Shown: positions 34,984-43,417 of the stretch, in pieces
Numbering within the stretch: the stretch's first letter is position 1
Layout of the letters: each line of letters begins with the position of its first letter
DNA from: an uncultured Candidatus Saccharibacteria bacterium
Lineage (GTDB): Bacteria > Patescibacteriota > Minisyncoccia > Phycocordibacterales > UBA2100
DNA: 64,000 nucleotides
Assembly (NCBI GenBank): GCA_964471165.1
Contig: CAYYEX010000001.1
Span: 1,037 to 65,036 of the forward strand
Direction: 5' to 3'
Notes under the pieces: generated by a model
The model's input: the letters and a program-made list of their open reading frames with translations, nothing else
Databases searched by the model: none
Told to the model about the DNA's origin: nothing
Position numbers and translations under genes: made by a program

Positions 34984-35554
34984 AGATGTCTTTGTCTTTT
35001 TCGTCGTATTTTGCTCGTAATGCTTCCTTCGCACGTTTCAGTCGAATTCCAACAGTGCCCTGTGGCACCTGGAGAATATCGGCAATGTCTTTGTAGGCCA
35101 TGTCTTCAAAATAGTGCAGCACGAGGACTTCTCGGTACTTCGATGGAATCTGTGTAAGTCCGCGCTCGAGGTAGCTGCGCATATCTTTTTGCTCGCGTTC
35201 GTTTTCTGCCGGATCTTCGTAGGCAGTGTGTGGAATAATGGTGTCGAAATCAAACGGGAGCAGTGGGCGCTTTTCATTTTTGCGAATCTCGTTTACAAAC
35301 GCGTTGTGTGCAATACGATATATCCATGGAGGGAATCGCTGTGACGTGTCGAAGCTTTGAATATTTTGATACGCGCTGATGAAAATGTCTTGCACGATAT
35401 CCTGCCTGTCTTCGTTGCGAGCAAGAAACTTGCGGCCATAGCGCAGCAGCTTTGCTTCGTAGCGGCCCACCAGTTCGCCAAAGCTTTCGGTGTCGCCCGC
35501 TTGTACGCGTGCAGTAATTGCCTCGTCTGTTTCCTCTGCGCTCATTGCCGACAT
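34973..35554 (-). CDS. ECF (sigma-70 family, group 4) RNA polymerase sigma factor.
   Basis: Region 2 DIVQDIFISAYQNIQSFD and region 4 helix-turn-helix YKDIADILQVPQGTVGIRLKRAKEALR. Confidence 0.85.
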   Translation of the reverse strand: MSAMSAEETDEAITARVQAGDTESFGELVGRYEAKLLRYGRKFLARNEDRQDIVQDIFISAYQNIQSFDTSQRFPPWIYRIAHNAFVNEIRKNEKRPLLPFDFDTIIPHTAYEDPAENEREQKDMRSYLERGLTQIPSKYREVLVLHYFEDMAYKDIADILQVPQGTVGIRLKRAKEALRAKYDEKDKDIYGA

Positions 35555-35590
35555 AGTACGTGTGAATGTTCAATCGTTCCATCGTGTGCC

Positions 35591-35624
35591 GCAGACCCCC
35601 TACGCTGTAAGCTCGGGGGTCTGC
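35591..35624. other. A 10 bp perfect hairpin GCAGACCCCC-(14 nt)-GGGGGTCTGC between the DUF5666 gene and the ECF sigma gene. Downstream of it is GGAAC-N15-CGTAC, an ECF-like promoter-like element abutting the sigma start codon.
   Basis: Read directly from the sequence. No U-run follows on either strand. Confidence 0.35.
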
Positions 35625-35660
35625 GCGCTATTGGATTAGTTTGTCGAAAATCAGGAGTGT

Positions 35661-36338
35661 TTACTGATTAACGGCCGGAGCACCTGGTGGTACGGGCATG
35701 TCATCCATGATGGTCTTTGCCGTTACCGTTGTACCTGACACATCGCCGTGTACACCAATGTTGTCTCCAACTTGAATGTCGGAGAGTGCGCCAGCTGTCA
35801 TTTTCTGAACGGTGGCAGAGCCTGCGTTTACGGTGTAGCTCGTCCCATCGTGCCCGGTAACCGTGACGGTTGAACCGTTGACCGCCGTAACTTTACCCAT
35901 AACGCCGTGTCCGCGACCGTGTTTGCCAGGGCCACCCATGCCGCGACCGCCGAACTTTCCTTCAATTACGTCGGTTGCTGAAAGCGTGGTGCCGGAGAGT
36001 GTGCCCATCGCGCTGATTTCATCTCCCACTGCGATTTCTGCAATGGTAACCGTGGTTGGTGTCGCGCCTTCTACTCCTTTCTTGAACGTAGCTGCGCTCG
36101 CATCAATCGTGAATGTGGCACTGTCGCGCTCACTTGTGATGGTAATAGTTGTTCCGTTTACTGCAGTAACAGTTCCGTGAACGTGCGGCCCCTTAGCGGG
36201 GCGCATGCCTCGTGTTTGCGCAACTTCCGTTGTGCCTTCCTGTGCTGAGGCAATCGTGGTGATTCCAGCTACTGCGCCGCCCGTGATAAGTAGGAGGGCG
36301 AGGGCCGGAATAGTGACGAGTGTTTGTCGTTTTGTCAT
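35661..36338 (-). CDS. Secreted DUF5666 domain protein.
   Basis: Signal peptide. Repeats of the form HGTVTAVNGTTITITSERDSATFTI and MGKVTAVNGSTVTVTGHDGTSYTV. Confidence 0.6.
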   Translation of the reverse strand: MTKRQTLVTIPALALLLITGGAVAGITTIASAQEGTTEVAQTRGMRPAKGPHVHGTVTAVNGTTITITSERDSATFTIDASAATFKKGVEGATPTTVTIAEIAVGDEISAMGTLSGTTLSATDVIEGKFGGRGMGGPGKHGRGHGVMGKVTAVNGSTVTVTGHDGTSYTVNAGSATVQKMTAGALSDIQVGDNIGVHGDVSGTTVTAKTIMDDMPVPPGAPAVNQ

Positions 36339-36575
36339 AACGTGTAATTTGAACTTCTAAATTGTTCGAGGTAGACGTCTCTGCCCTCGTAATCTAATAC
36401 ACGCCAGCTGCACAAAATATTTCACTCGGTGATTCTATAGAAATCCATGAAGTACAGATTCATTTTTCATCGCACCTTCCGGGTGACTATTCAACAATGC
36501 TCAACGGTCGAGCCAATTATGACTAATGAACGACTCTTACGTTAGTAAATTCCTTTACCCAATAAGATATAAGAT

Positions 36576-37430
36576 ATGCAATTCTCAAACACGAGACAGC
36601 TCGGAATCCTTGCAGTTGGAGCAACACTTGCTCTCTCACTCATGGTCGGGTTTGCGCCGTATGTGCGCGCTGACACAGCTACAACTACTGGCACAACAAC
36701 ACGAAGCTACGTATTCGATACTCATCTTACCGGTGAGAATCAAGTGCCCTCCGTAGCGGCAACAACGAGCACCACCACCAGCGGCCTGAGCACAACAACA
36801 GGCCACGCACGTGTGTGGTTCGACATGACAAACGCAACCGGTTCTGCAACCACGACCACATCGATGTGGCAGTGGCTCGGTGTGTGGAACGGTGACGACG
36901 TCACGGCAGCTCACTTGCACTGCGGCCTACCAGGCGCCAACGGGCCCGTCGTGCTCGACATGTATCACCCGAGCGCGAGCAGCACCGATGTGAACGGGAC
37001 ACTCGTAGCAAGCTCTACCGTGGGCGCATCCAACCTCCACGCAACCACAACCGGCTGCTCGATGCCGATTACAAGCCTCACTGAGCTTGGCAACGCACTC
37101 AAGGCAGGAATCATCTACGCCAACGTGCATTCGCTCGCGTATCCGAGCGGTGTGGTGCGCGGACAGATGATGCTCACGTCTTCCAGCTCAATGAGCACGA
37201 GCACCACGACTCCTCCCATGGGTACCACCACTCCTCCGGGTGGCGGACACGGCACAACAACTCCTCCTGGTGGAACAACCACTCCCCATCTACCAGGGCT
37301 CGGTGGACTCGGATCAAGCATCAATGACTTGATTGCCAAACTCTTCGGACGAATCCACGTCATTCTCGAGAACTTCATTCCGGAGATACCTAACCTCCCC
37401 GGAGTACGAACCGAACGAACGGCTCGCTAG
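36576..37430 (+). CDS. Secreted CHRD domain protein with a C-terminal Thr/Pro/Gly-rich repeat tail.
   Basis: CHRD signatures LTGENQVP, AHLHCGLPGANGPVV, ANVHSLAYPSGVVRGQ. Signal peptide. Confidence 0.75.
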   Translation: MQFSNTRQLGILAVGATLALSLMVGFAPYVRADTATTTGTTTRSYVFDTHLTGENQVPSVAATTSTTTSGLSTTTGHARVWFDMTNATGSATTTTSMWQWLGVWNGDDVTAAHLHCGLPGANGPVVLDMYHPSASSTDVNGTLVASSTVGASNLHATTTGCSMPITSLTELGNALKAGIIYANVHSLAYPSGVVRGQMMLTSSSSMSTSTTTPPMGTTTPPGGGHGTTTPPGGTTTPHLPGLGGLGSSINDLIAKLFGRIHVILENFIPEIPNLPGVRTERTAR

Positions 37431-37469
37431 TTCTCCCTCCTCCCCTTGTAGCCTCCGCTACAAACAGAA

Positions 37470-37497
37470 CCCCCGCCATTCAGCGGGGGTTTTGTTA
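37470..37497 (+). terminator. Rho-independent terminator of the CHRD gene: a 7 bp stem CCCCCGC / GCGGGGG, a 6 nt loop, then UUUUGUUAUUU.
   Basis: Read directly from the sequence. Confidence 0.8.
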
Positions 37498-37526
37498 TTT
37501 CTCTATTGGTGGTGGAGCTTCTAAAA

Positions 37527-37904
37527 TTAATTTTGGCGTAAATTATTCATTGTCGCGATGCCAATGTAGATAAATACACAAAACAGCAAAGGAGCCCCAA
37601 ATTGCACAATTTCACTTGTTAAAAGCGGGTAGGCTTGTATGTAAGTCCGCAAAGCTTCGTCATGTAGAGACGTTGCAACTCCATTCAATATGCCGAATGA
37701 TGCGGCCCAAACATAAAAAATCGATCCGCTCGGATTGATGCCAAGAATTTTATTTGTTAAATATATACTAAGAAGACCTGCCACATAGAGAGGGATACTG
37801 ACAATTATATTTATTATCAGGAGGGATGACAGATTGGGTTCAATGAAACTCAACCTAAAATAAAGGGATGCCGATAGAATTACAAAGATTAATGAAATGA
37901 ACAC
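37527..37904 (-). CDS. Small 4-transmembrane membrane protein (hypothetical), encoded in an AT-rich islet.
   Basis: 125 aa and strongly hydrophobic. The local GC is far below the window average. Confidence 0.4.
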   Translation of the reverse strand: MFISLIFVILSASLYFRLSFIEPNLSSLLIINIIVSIPLYVAGLLSIYLTNKILGINPSGSIFYVWAASFGILNGVATSLHDEALRTYIQAYPLLTSEIVQFGAPLLFCVFIYIGIATMNNLRQN

Positions 37905-38049
37905 CAGTTACCCAAGTATTGCTTTTCTCATATTTTATATAAAACATTTTTTCGGAGTTGAATTATGATTTAAAAGGACGTATCCCCCACTACCCAACAG
38001 AGCGTGGCAGGATTTAAATGGTACGTAACACCTTGTTCTCACCTTATTC

Positions 38050-38646
38050 TTAGATCTGAGTCGCTTGTATCCGCGTCAAAATGTCTGAAATGTTTCCTTT
38101 TTCTGCCAGGTCATTCACATCCACATCGTAAGCGGCTTTTATCTTTGCGATGTACGTATCGTTCGTTTCCTCCACATGAAAGTCCCAAAGACTGGACTCA
38201 TCGGACATGAACAAAGTATCGTTTTCATGAAAACCGAGTACCTTGACGGCAAAATCATGAGCAAGTTCTCCCATTGCATCCATTCTCACAGAGGGGGCGA
38301 ACTCAATCGGCTTATTTGTGCCAGGTCGGGGCAAGGGTTTTGTGGCCTTGTATTCGTCGAAGTGCTTCCTTAGCTGAGCAAACGCTTCCTCGCGGGTGTC
38401 ACCCCCACCAGAAATGCCCCAACCAAAAACCGTTACACTCCATGCTAACGGTTTGAAGCGCGCAGAAGGTAGAAACTGCTGCTCCTTGCTCGTGTCGAAT
38501 TGCTGTATTGTAAGTGGGTAATCAGATAGATTCCAATCATTCTTGGATAATGATTGGAAGTACTTGCGAATAGCATCAACCCCAACCATCCCATTGGTAA
38601 GACAGTCTTTAACCGAGAGCCTGCTGCTTGTATCTACTCCGAGCAT
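38050..38646 (-). CDS. Cytoplasmic hypothetical protein of about 198 aa, start MLGVDTSS. The track's longer version overlaps the upstream gene by 134 nt. It contains a weak HicB/UPF0150-like segment.
   Basis: The segment WSVTVFGWGISGGGDTREEAFAQLRKHFDEY resembles the PDLPGC..GdT.EEA motif of HicB-like folds. This assignment is weak. Confidence 0.45.
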   Translation of the reverse strand: MLGVDTSSRLSVKDCLTNGMVGVDAIRKYFQSLSKNDWNLSDYPLTIQQFDTSKEQQFLPSARFKPLAWSVTVFGWGISGGGDTREEAFAQLRKHFDEYKATKPLPRPGTNKPIEFAPSVRMDAMGELAHDFAVKVLGFHENDTLFMSDESSLWDFHVEETNDTYIAKIKAAYDVDVNDLAEKGNISDILTRIQATQI

Positions 38647-38665
38647 AAAGACACGAATAAAACAC

Positions 38666-40432
38666 TCAAAATCCGTTGGCGGAGTTGATGGCGGCGCGGG
38701 TTTTGGGGCCAACGGTGCCAGTTTGTGCAATGCCAGCACTCTTTTGATATTTGATGAGTGCGGCTTTGGTGCCCTGTCCAAAGTATCCCTTGGTAACACC
38801 TACTGGCATCGTCAAAAATCCTTTCGATTCGAGGAATGTTTGCAGTGAGATAACTTCTGGGTCTTTAGAACCAGGGTTGAGATTTTTTGTAATCTTTCCA
38901 GCTTTCCCTACTGCTGTTGGCACAACCGTCGGCGCACTCGGTACTACCGCAGATGGAGTTACTACGGCCGATGTCTGCAAACCACCCGCTGCAAAGTAGT
39001 GCTTGATTCCAGTTTTGATGTACGCGGTAATCACATCAGCACTCACATTCTCGTCGTTATCAGGATGCGAAATGCGACCTACGATTCCTGCTACATCATT
39101 CTCGGTTTTGCCTGGGAACTTGAGCTTTGCGGTTGAGAGTCCCGAGATAGAAGAAAGCATATTGAACACTGTGTCGCTGTCGTCCGATGAGTACACATTG
39201 GCTGCGGCTCCGGCTAAGTCTGGGAAGAGTTTTTTGAATCCCGGTGCTCCAGCCGTGTCAGCAAAGCGACCGAACACGAGCCCAGCGTGCATGTATGACG
39301 CGCCTGTACCCAGATTGCGGCCACCGTCGAACGCGGTATCAAACGAGCTTTCGTACAACACGCCTGCCTCTGTTGGCGAGATGACGTGTGTGCGGTTTAA
39401 ATCTTCGTTGAGAATGCGCTTATTCACGTCGGTGAATATTTTCTTGTGCATCAGTGTCTGGAAGTACACGGCAATACCCTCGTCGAGAAACGGTGCGCGA
39501 TACCCATTACCCCGAAACAGAGTCTGTTGATTCATCGCAAGATGCATCATTTCGTGCGCGAGCGTTTCCGCGATTTCCTCGGTTGTTTTGCTTTTTGTGA
39601 GTTGGTTGTTGAACACAACAATATTTGGGTTTGCGGCAATTGCTTCTGCCTCGAAACCGATTTGCCCGACGGTGCTCAGGTTGTCTGAGATGATTAACAC
39701 CTTGTCTGGTGTTTTTATACCCACATTCGTGAGCATGGTGTCGTCGAGCGTGCCAAGCAATGCAAGTGCTGCGCCGATTTTTTGCACCTCGTCATACGTG
39801 CCAGAAACGGTGTACTTGCCGAATTGCTGCACGGTTCCAGCTGCGCTGGTTTGGAACACCACTACGATGGGCTCGTACTGCGCATGTGACGGGGAGTAGT
39901 GAATGCCGATTGTGTTTGCGCTTGTGGTTGCCTCGCTTGGCCAGAGTGAGATTATTTTCCAGTCACTCGGGAACGTGATTTGCATAGATGGGTCAATGCG
40001 CGACGGGCCGCCCGCCATCCAGAACTCGTACATAGCTACCGGCCCTTTGAAATACGGTGTCATCGTGTAGGTCACATCGTAGAGCTGAACCAGGTTGGGG
40101 TCGGCACTGTTTACCGGTACGCCGAGCACTTCGTCGTACACCTGCACTGGAAACACCTGCTTCTTCGAGTACGTCTCCTGCATCTTTGTGAGTTTGTACC
40201 TAGTGCTCGCGGCCTGCCCGTATGCAGAATATTCTGGTAGATAGAACTGATTATCGGCCGTATTGCGCACAAATGGTATGCGCCACACACCAACTGCACT
40301 GAAATCGCGATTGATAGTAATGGTGGCAAGCTGCGGGTCTACAGACCCTGAATATGCTGCTGCCAACGATGGCACTATTGCTATGAGTGACACGAGCGTC
40401 GTGAGAACTACTTTTCGTATTGATGTACTCAT
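38666..40432 (-). CDS. Secreted zinc metallopeptidase (HExxH) with a C-terminal peptidoglycan-binding domain.
   Basis: Signal peptide, HEMMHLAMNQ zinc-binding motif, and a C-terminal PG_binding_1-like repeat LQTFLESKGFL...GYFGQGTKAALIKYQKSAGI. Confidence 0.7.
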   Translation of the reverse strand: MSTSIRKVVLTTLVSLIAIVPSLAAAYSGSVDPQLATITINRDFSAVGVWRIPFVRNTADNQFYLPEYSAYGQAASTRYKLTKMQETYSKKQVFPVQVYDEVLGVPVNSADPNLVQLYDVTYTMTPYFKGPVAMYEFWMAGGPSRIDPSMQITFPSDWKIISLWPSEATTSANTIGIHYSPSHAQYEPIVVVFQTSAAGTVQQFGKYTVSGTYDEVQKIGAALALLGTLDDTMLTNVGIKTPDKVLIISDNLSTVGQIGFEAEAIAANPNIVVFNNQLTKSKTTEEIAETLAHEMMHLAMNQQTLFRGNGYRAPFLDEGIAVYFQTLMHKKIFTDVNKRILNEDLNRTHVISPTEAGVLYESSFDTAFDGGRNLGTGASYMHAGLVFGRFADTAGAPGFKKLFPDLAGAAANVYSSDDSDTVFNMLSSISGLSTAKLKFPGKTENDVAGIVGRISHPDNDENVSADVITAYIKTGIKHYFAAGGLQTSAVVTPSAVVPSAPTVVPTAVGKAGKITKNLNPGSKDPEVISLQTFLESKGFLTMPVGVTKGYFGQGTKAALIKYQKSAGIAQTGTVGPKTRAAINSANGF

Positions 40433-40434
40433 AC

Positions 40435-41022
40435 CTATCGAATGGTGACGCTATCTGCAATCGCTTGCAGCGTTGGCGCATAATTTGAGAACGTGCCCAA
40501 GTACACCGCTGATGTTACGAATGCTTTCCCGTTTTTGAATGCAATGGATGTGTTGGAGAATTGTCGGTAACCAGGCACCGAGTAGTTTGCCTCGATGAGG
40601 TACACCTTTGCATCACCCTCGCCTTTTGTAGTAGCTTTTGTGACCTTGTAGTCTATGTGGCCATTCGTTGCCTGGTCGATATAAAAGTCGACGAGTTCAT
40701 CCTTGCTGATGCGGCTGATTACTTTTGTACTCAAGCCAAAAATCGCCTCGGGCGAGCCCGACGAAATAACAACGTATTTCGTAGTGCGACTAAACAAGTC
40801 GGTCTCTTGTGTTACGTACACATCCTCTTCCTTGCCGCCACGAAACGCGGTGTATTCCCGGTTAAAGATTTTCCACCCGGTTGGTGCAAATACCACATAC
40901 CCGTTGGGGCTGGTATATGCGTTGGTAACTTCCCCGTAAACCACCTGTCCCCCGAATAATAGAGCAACTGCGAGCGCTGCAATCACAATCGCCGCCGAGC
41001 GACGGTGCTGGGTTAAATTCAT
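40435..41022 (-). CDS. Secreted hypothetical protein.
   Basis: Signal peptide AAIVIAALAVALLFGG. Starts 3 nt after the stop of the upstream peptidase gene. Confidence 0.5.
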   Translation of the reverse strand: MNLTQHRRSAAIVIAALAVALLFGGQVVYGEVTNAYTSPNGYVVFAPTGWKIFNREYTAFRGGKEEDVYVTQETDLFSRTTKYVVISSGSPEAIFGLSTKVISRISKDELVDFYIDQATNGHIDYKVTKATTKGEGDAKVYLIEANYSVPGYRQFSNTSIAFKNGKAFVTSAVYLGTFSNYAPTLQAIADSVTIR

Positions 41023-41132
41023 GAAGCAATCGTATCACTTCAATATAGGTGTGCCACCTTTAAATAGAAAAAGCGCGGCAAAGCGCGCTCTTTCGTCGTG
41101 TTGAGAACAATGATTCAGAGGGCTCGGAAGCG

Positions 41133-41429
41133 TTAACGTCGCCGATAGCCGTAGTAACTGCGCTCGGTATCGATGATGTTTACGTCGGGCCGATTGTGGC
41201 GGCGCTCGGGATATTGGCCGTTCGGCAGATAGCCGTAGTCGCCTCCGCGTGGAGCGCGTCGCTCGGGCGGGGGTTCATGATCGCGGCCATCCTGCAGATT
41301 AACCGCGCGCGTGTCGGTACGCCGCGAAGTCTGTGCCACTACCGCCGATGCGCCGAAGCAGCTCAGCAAAAACACTGCCCCTACCAGATGCGGGAGTCCG
41401 TTCTTCATCGCCTTATATCCTCCACTCAA
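41133..41429 (-). CDS. Small secreted Arg/Tyr/Pro-rich protein (hypothetical).
   Basis: Signal peptide MKNGLPHLVGAVFLLSCFGASAVVAQ, then a basic low-complexity tail ending YYGYRRR. Confidence 0.4.
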   Translation of the reverse strand: MSGGYKAMKNGLPHLVGAVFLLSCFGASAVVAQTSRRTDTRAVNLQDGRDHEPPPERRAPRGGDYGYLPNGQYPERRHNRPDVNIIDTERSYYGYRRR

Positions 41430-41492
41430 TTGAGGCTCACTCAGCCCGCTGCCAAACTACCAGAGGAATTGCACCGAGGCTATGTATATCGA

Positions 41493-41527
41493 TTGACAGA
41501 TTAAAGTCACGTTGTACTGTGCAGACT
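41493..41527 (+). promoter_or_regulatory. Promoter-like element TTGACA-N16/17-TACTGT upstream of the small plus-strand membrane gene, with a GGGAGG Shine-Dalgarno sequence 7 nt before its ATG.
   Basis: A perfect -35 hexamer. This is one of the few clear Shine-Dalgarno sequences in the window. Confidence 0.3.
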
Positions 41528-41565
41528 GCTGAAAGGAATAACGCTGCAACCCGGGAGGCACCACT

Positions 41566-41883
41566 ATGGGCCACTATCTGCGCGGACTGCTCAACATCTG
41601 GCGAATCATGTACGTTGACCTGATTCTGGACACGTTGTTCGGAAAAGTAGCCGTGCTGTTCTACTTCGGCGTTTTGCTCCATGCCGCCGTCGGCGCCCTG
41701 GGCCTCATCAAGCCGCTGATGTATGCCTCGCCGCATTTCATGCAAGTCATCGCCTACTGGCTGGCGCACAGCGCGCTTTGGTTCTTCGTCATCACAGGCA
41801 GTATCGCGGCATTCGTCTACACCGCGCTCTATGTGCTGCGCATCTTGTTCCCCGACGAGTTCAGGCGAATCACTGGCTTTTGA
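41566..41883 (+). CDS. Small 3-transmembrane membrane protein (hypothetical).
   Basis: 105 aa, hydrophobic. Preceded by GGGAGG. Confidence 0.5.
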   Translation: MGHYLRGLLNIWRIMYVDLILDTLFGKVAVLFYFGVLLHAAVGALGLIKPLMYASPHFMQVIAYWLAHSALWFFVITGSIAAFVYTALYVLRILFPDEFRRITGF

Positions 41884-41943
41884 AACGAGCCGTTGAGCAA
41901 CCTCAAAACGCAATGACCGCCAATTCAGGCGGTCATTTGTTTT

Positions 41944-42561
41944 CTATACTGTCGTCTGAGCAGAAACCGGCACGGGAGTTGCAACGTAATTTTGTTTAAT
42001 TACTTTCGCAAGAAATCGCCACAAGAAGAATTCTCCGATGAGTGAAACAAAGACTCCCGGAAGCGCCAGAACCACACTCGCAAGCATCCAACCAGCGATT
42101 CTGTTCCAAAGCGTTACTCGTTTTGCAGATGCACCGAACTCGTCCACGTATGCAGTAAAGTGATCCGCAATGCGAATAAGCACAATTCCGTTGACACAAA
42201 GAAGTGGAATCAGTGCCGCGAGCACGATGACAAGGAACGTGGGGTCCATATAATCTGGAAACGAGTACGGAATCATAAGAATCACCTCCGCAACATTCAC
42301 CAACAACAATGTGTTAGCGGTCTTTTCAAGACTCTCGTCCTTTCGCAATTGTGCAAACGCGCGAACACTGTTGAGGAACGTTAGGAACAATACGCAATAA
42401 ATCAAACTCTGTACGGGAGTAATGTAGCGCAGCGGGAGGTCTTTCTGGCTCACCTGCACCACCACGTACTCCATTCCGATGTAGGAAACGAACAGTGCGA
42501 TAAACACCCAGCAAGCCAACCAACCGTACCAGATTGCCTTTTGCGGCGTCATGCGGAACAT
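41944..42561 (-). CDS. Integral membrane hypothetical protein (about 6 transmembrane helices).
   Basis: Hydrophobic profile. Abuts sppA. Confidence 0.5.
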   Translation of the reverse strand: MFRMTPQKAIWYGWLACWVFIALFVSYIGMEYVVVQVSQKDLPLRYITPVQSLIYCVLFLTFLNSVRAFAQLRKDESLEKTANTLLLVNVAEVILMIPYSFPDYMDPTFLVIVLAALIPLLCVNGIVLIRIADHFTAYVDEFGASAKRVTLWNRIAGWMLASVVLALPGVFVSLIGEFFLWRFLAKVIKQNYVATPVPVSAQTTV

Positions 42562-42562
42562 A

Positions 42563-43357
42563 CTAGTTTTCGCAGATTTTTGCGTAACCCATCTTTGATT
42601 CTAGGTACTCGAGTGCTTCGTCTTGTCCCCCGACCTCGTCGATGAGCTTCTTCTCAACCGCCATCTTTCCAAGCATGAACGAGCCGTCGGCCATTGTTTT
42701 TACTTCCCCCGCTGGTAGTGAACGTGCCGCAGAAACTGCATCTATAAAATTCTGCTGGACTACTTTTACATCGCGTTCAAGCAGTGCCTTTTCTTCGTTG
42801 GTAAGTGGCTTATCGGGGTTGCCCAAGTCCTTGAACTTACCAGAGCTGATGACATTGTACGTAATGCCTTCTTTCGCATTCTTTACAGACGAATCCGTGT
42901 ACGAGAACGTTGCTCCGATAGAACCAATCTGCGAGTTTGCAGATGCAAATATGCGGTCCGTACCAATCGCCGCCCAGTACGCTGCAGAAACTCCGCTGCT
43001 GCGGATAACAGCAACAATGGGCTTCTCAAAGTTTTTGAATGCGTTGGAGAACTCCTCTCCGGCGACTGCCGATCCGCCAGGAGAATCAATTTCAACAATT
43101 ATGCCGTCAATCGTAGATGAGCGTTCAAGCTCGTGCATATACAACGAAATGCCCTGACTCGTTGTGTATGCAGGCATAGACGCACTTATGTCATCACTGC
43201 CAGAGATTTCCGGAACGGAAGCAGTCAAAACCCCATTTAAATAAAGTGTCTGGACGTTACAGGGTTCAGCGAGAACTTTTACCCCCCATCCAAGACCAAC
43301 ACCTACAATAATCATTGATAGGCCGACGCCTACGCTTAACAGTTTATGGTCGAACAT
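42563..43357 (-). CDS. sppA: Signal peptide peptidase SppA (S49 family, short form).
   Basis: IVAVIRSSGVSAAYWAAIGTDRIFASANSQIGSIG; the Ser/Lys dyad context. Confidence 0.8.
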   Translation of the reverse strand: MFDHKLLSVGVGLSMIIVGVGLGWGVKVLAEPCNVQTLYLNGVLTASVPEISGSDDISASMPAYTTSQGISLYMHELERSSTIDGIIVEIDSPGGSAVAGEEFSNAFKNFEKPIVAVIRSSGVSAAYWAAIGTDRIFASANSQIGSIGATFSYTDSSVKNAKEGITYNVISSGKFKDLGNPDKPLTNEEKALLERDVKVVQQNFIDAVSAARSLPAGEVKTMADGSFMLGKMAVEKKLIDEVGGQDEALEYLESKMGYAKICEN

Positions 43358-43417
43358 GTGAGCATGTTAGCAAACTTTCACCCGCGCGCTAATACGCCAT
43401 AATGGCCAAAAATGTGT

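Noticed and set aside
34267-35157. A 296 aa plus-strand ORF spanning the ECF sigma and anti-sigma genes.
   Set aside because: Antisense. The ECF sigma region 2 and region 4 motifs are on the minus strand.
38647-38799. The N-terminal extension of the ORF-track gene 38050..38799.
   Set aside because: It would overlap the upstream PG-binding peptidase gene by 134 nt. The internal Met at 38646 gives a non-overlapping 198 aa protein.
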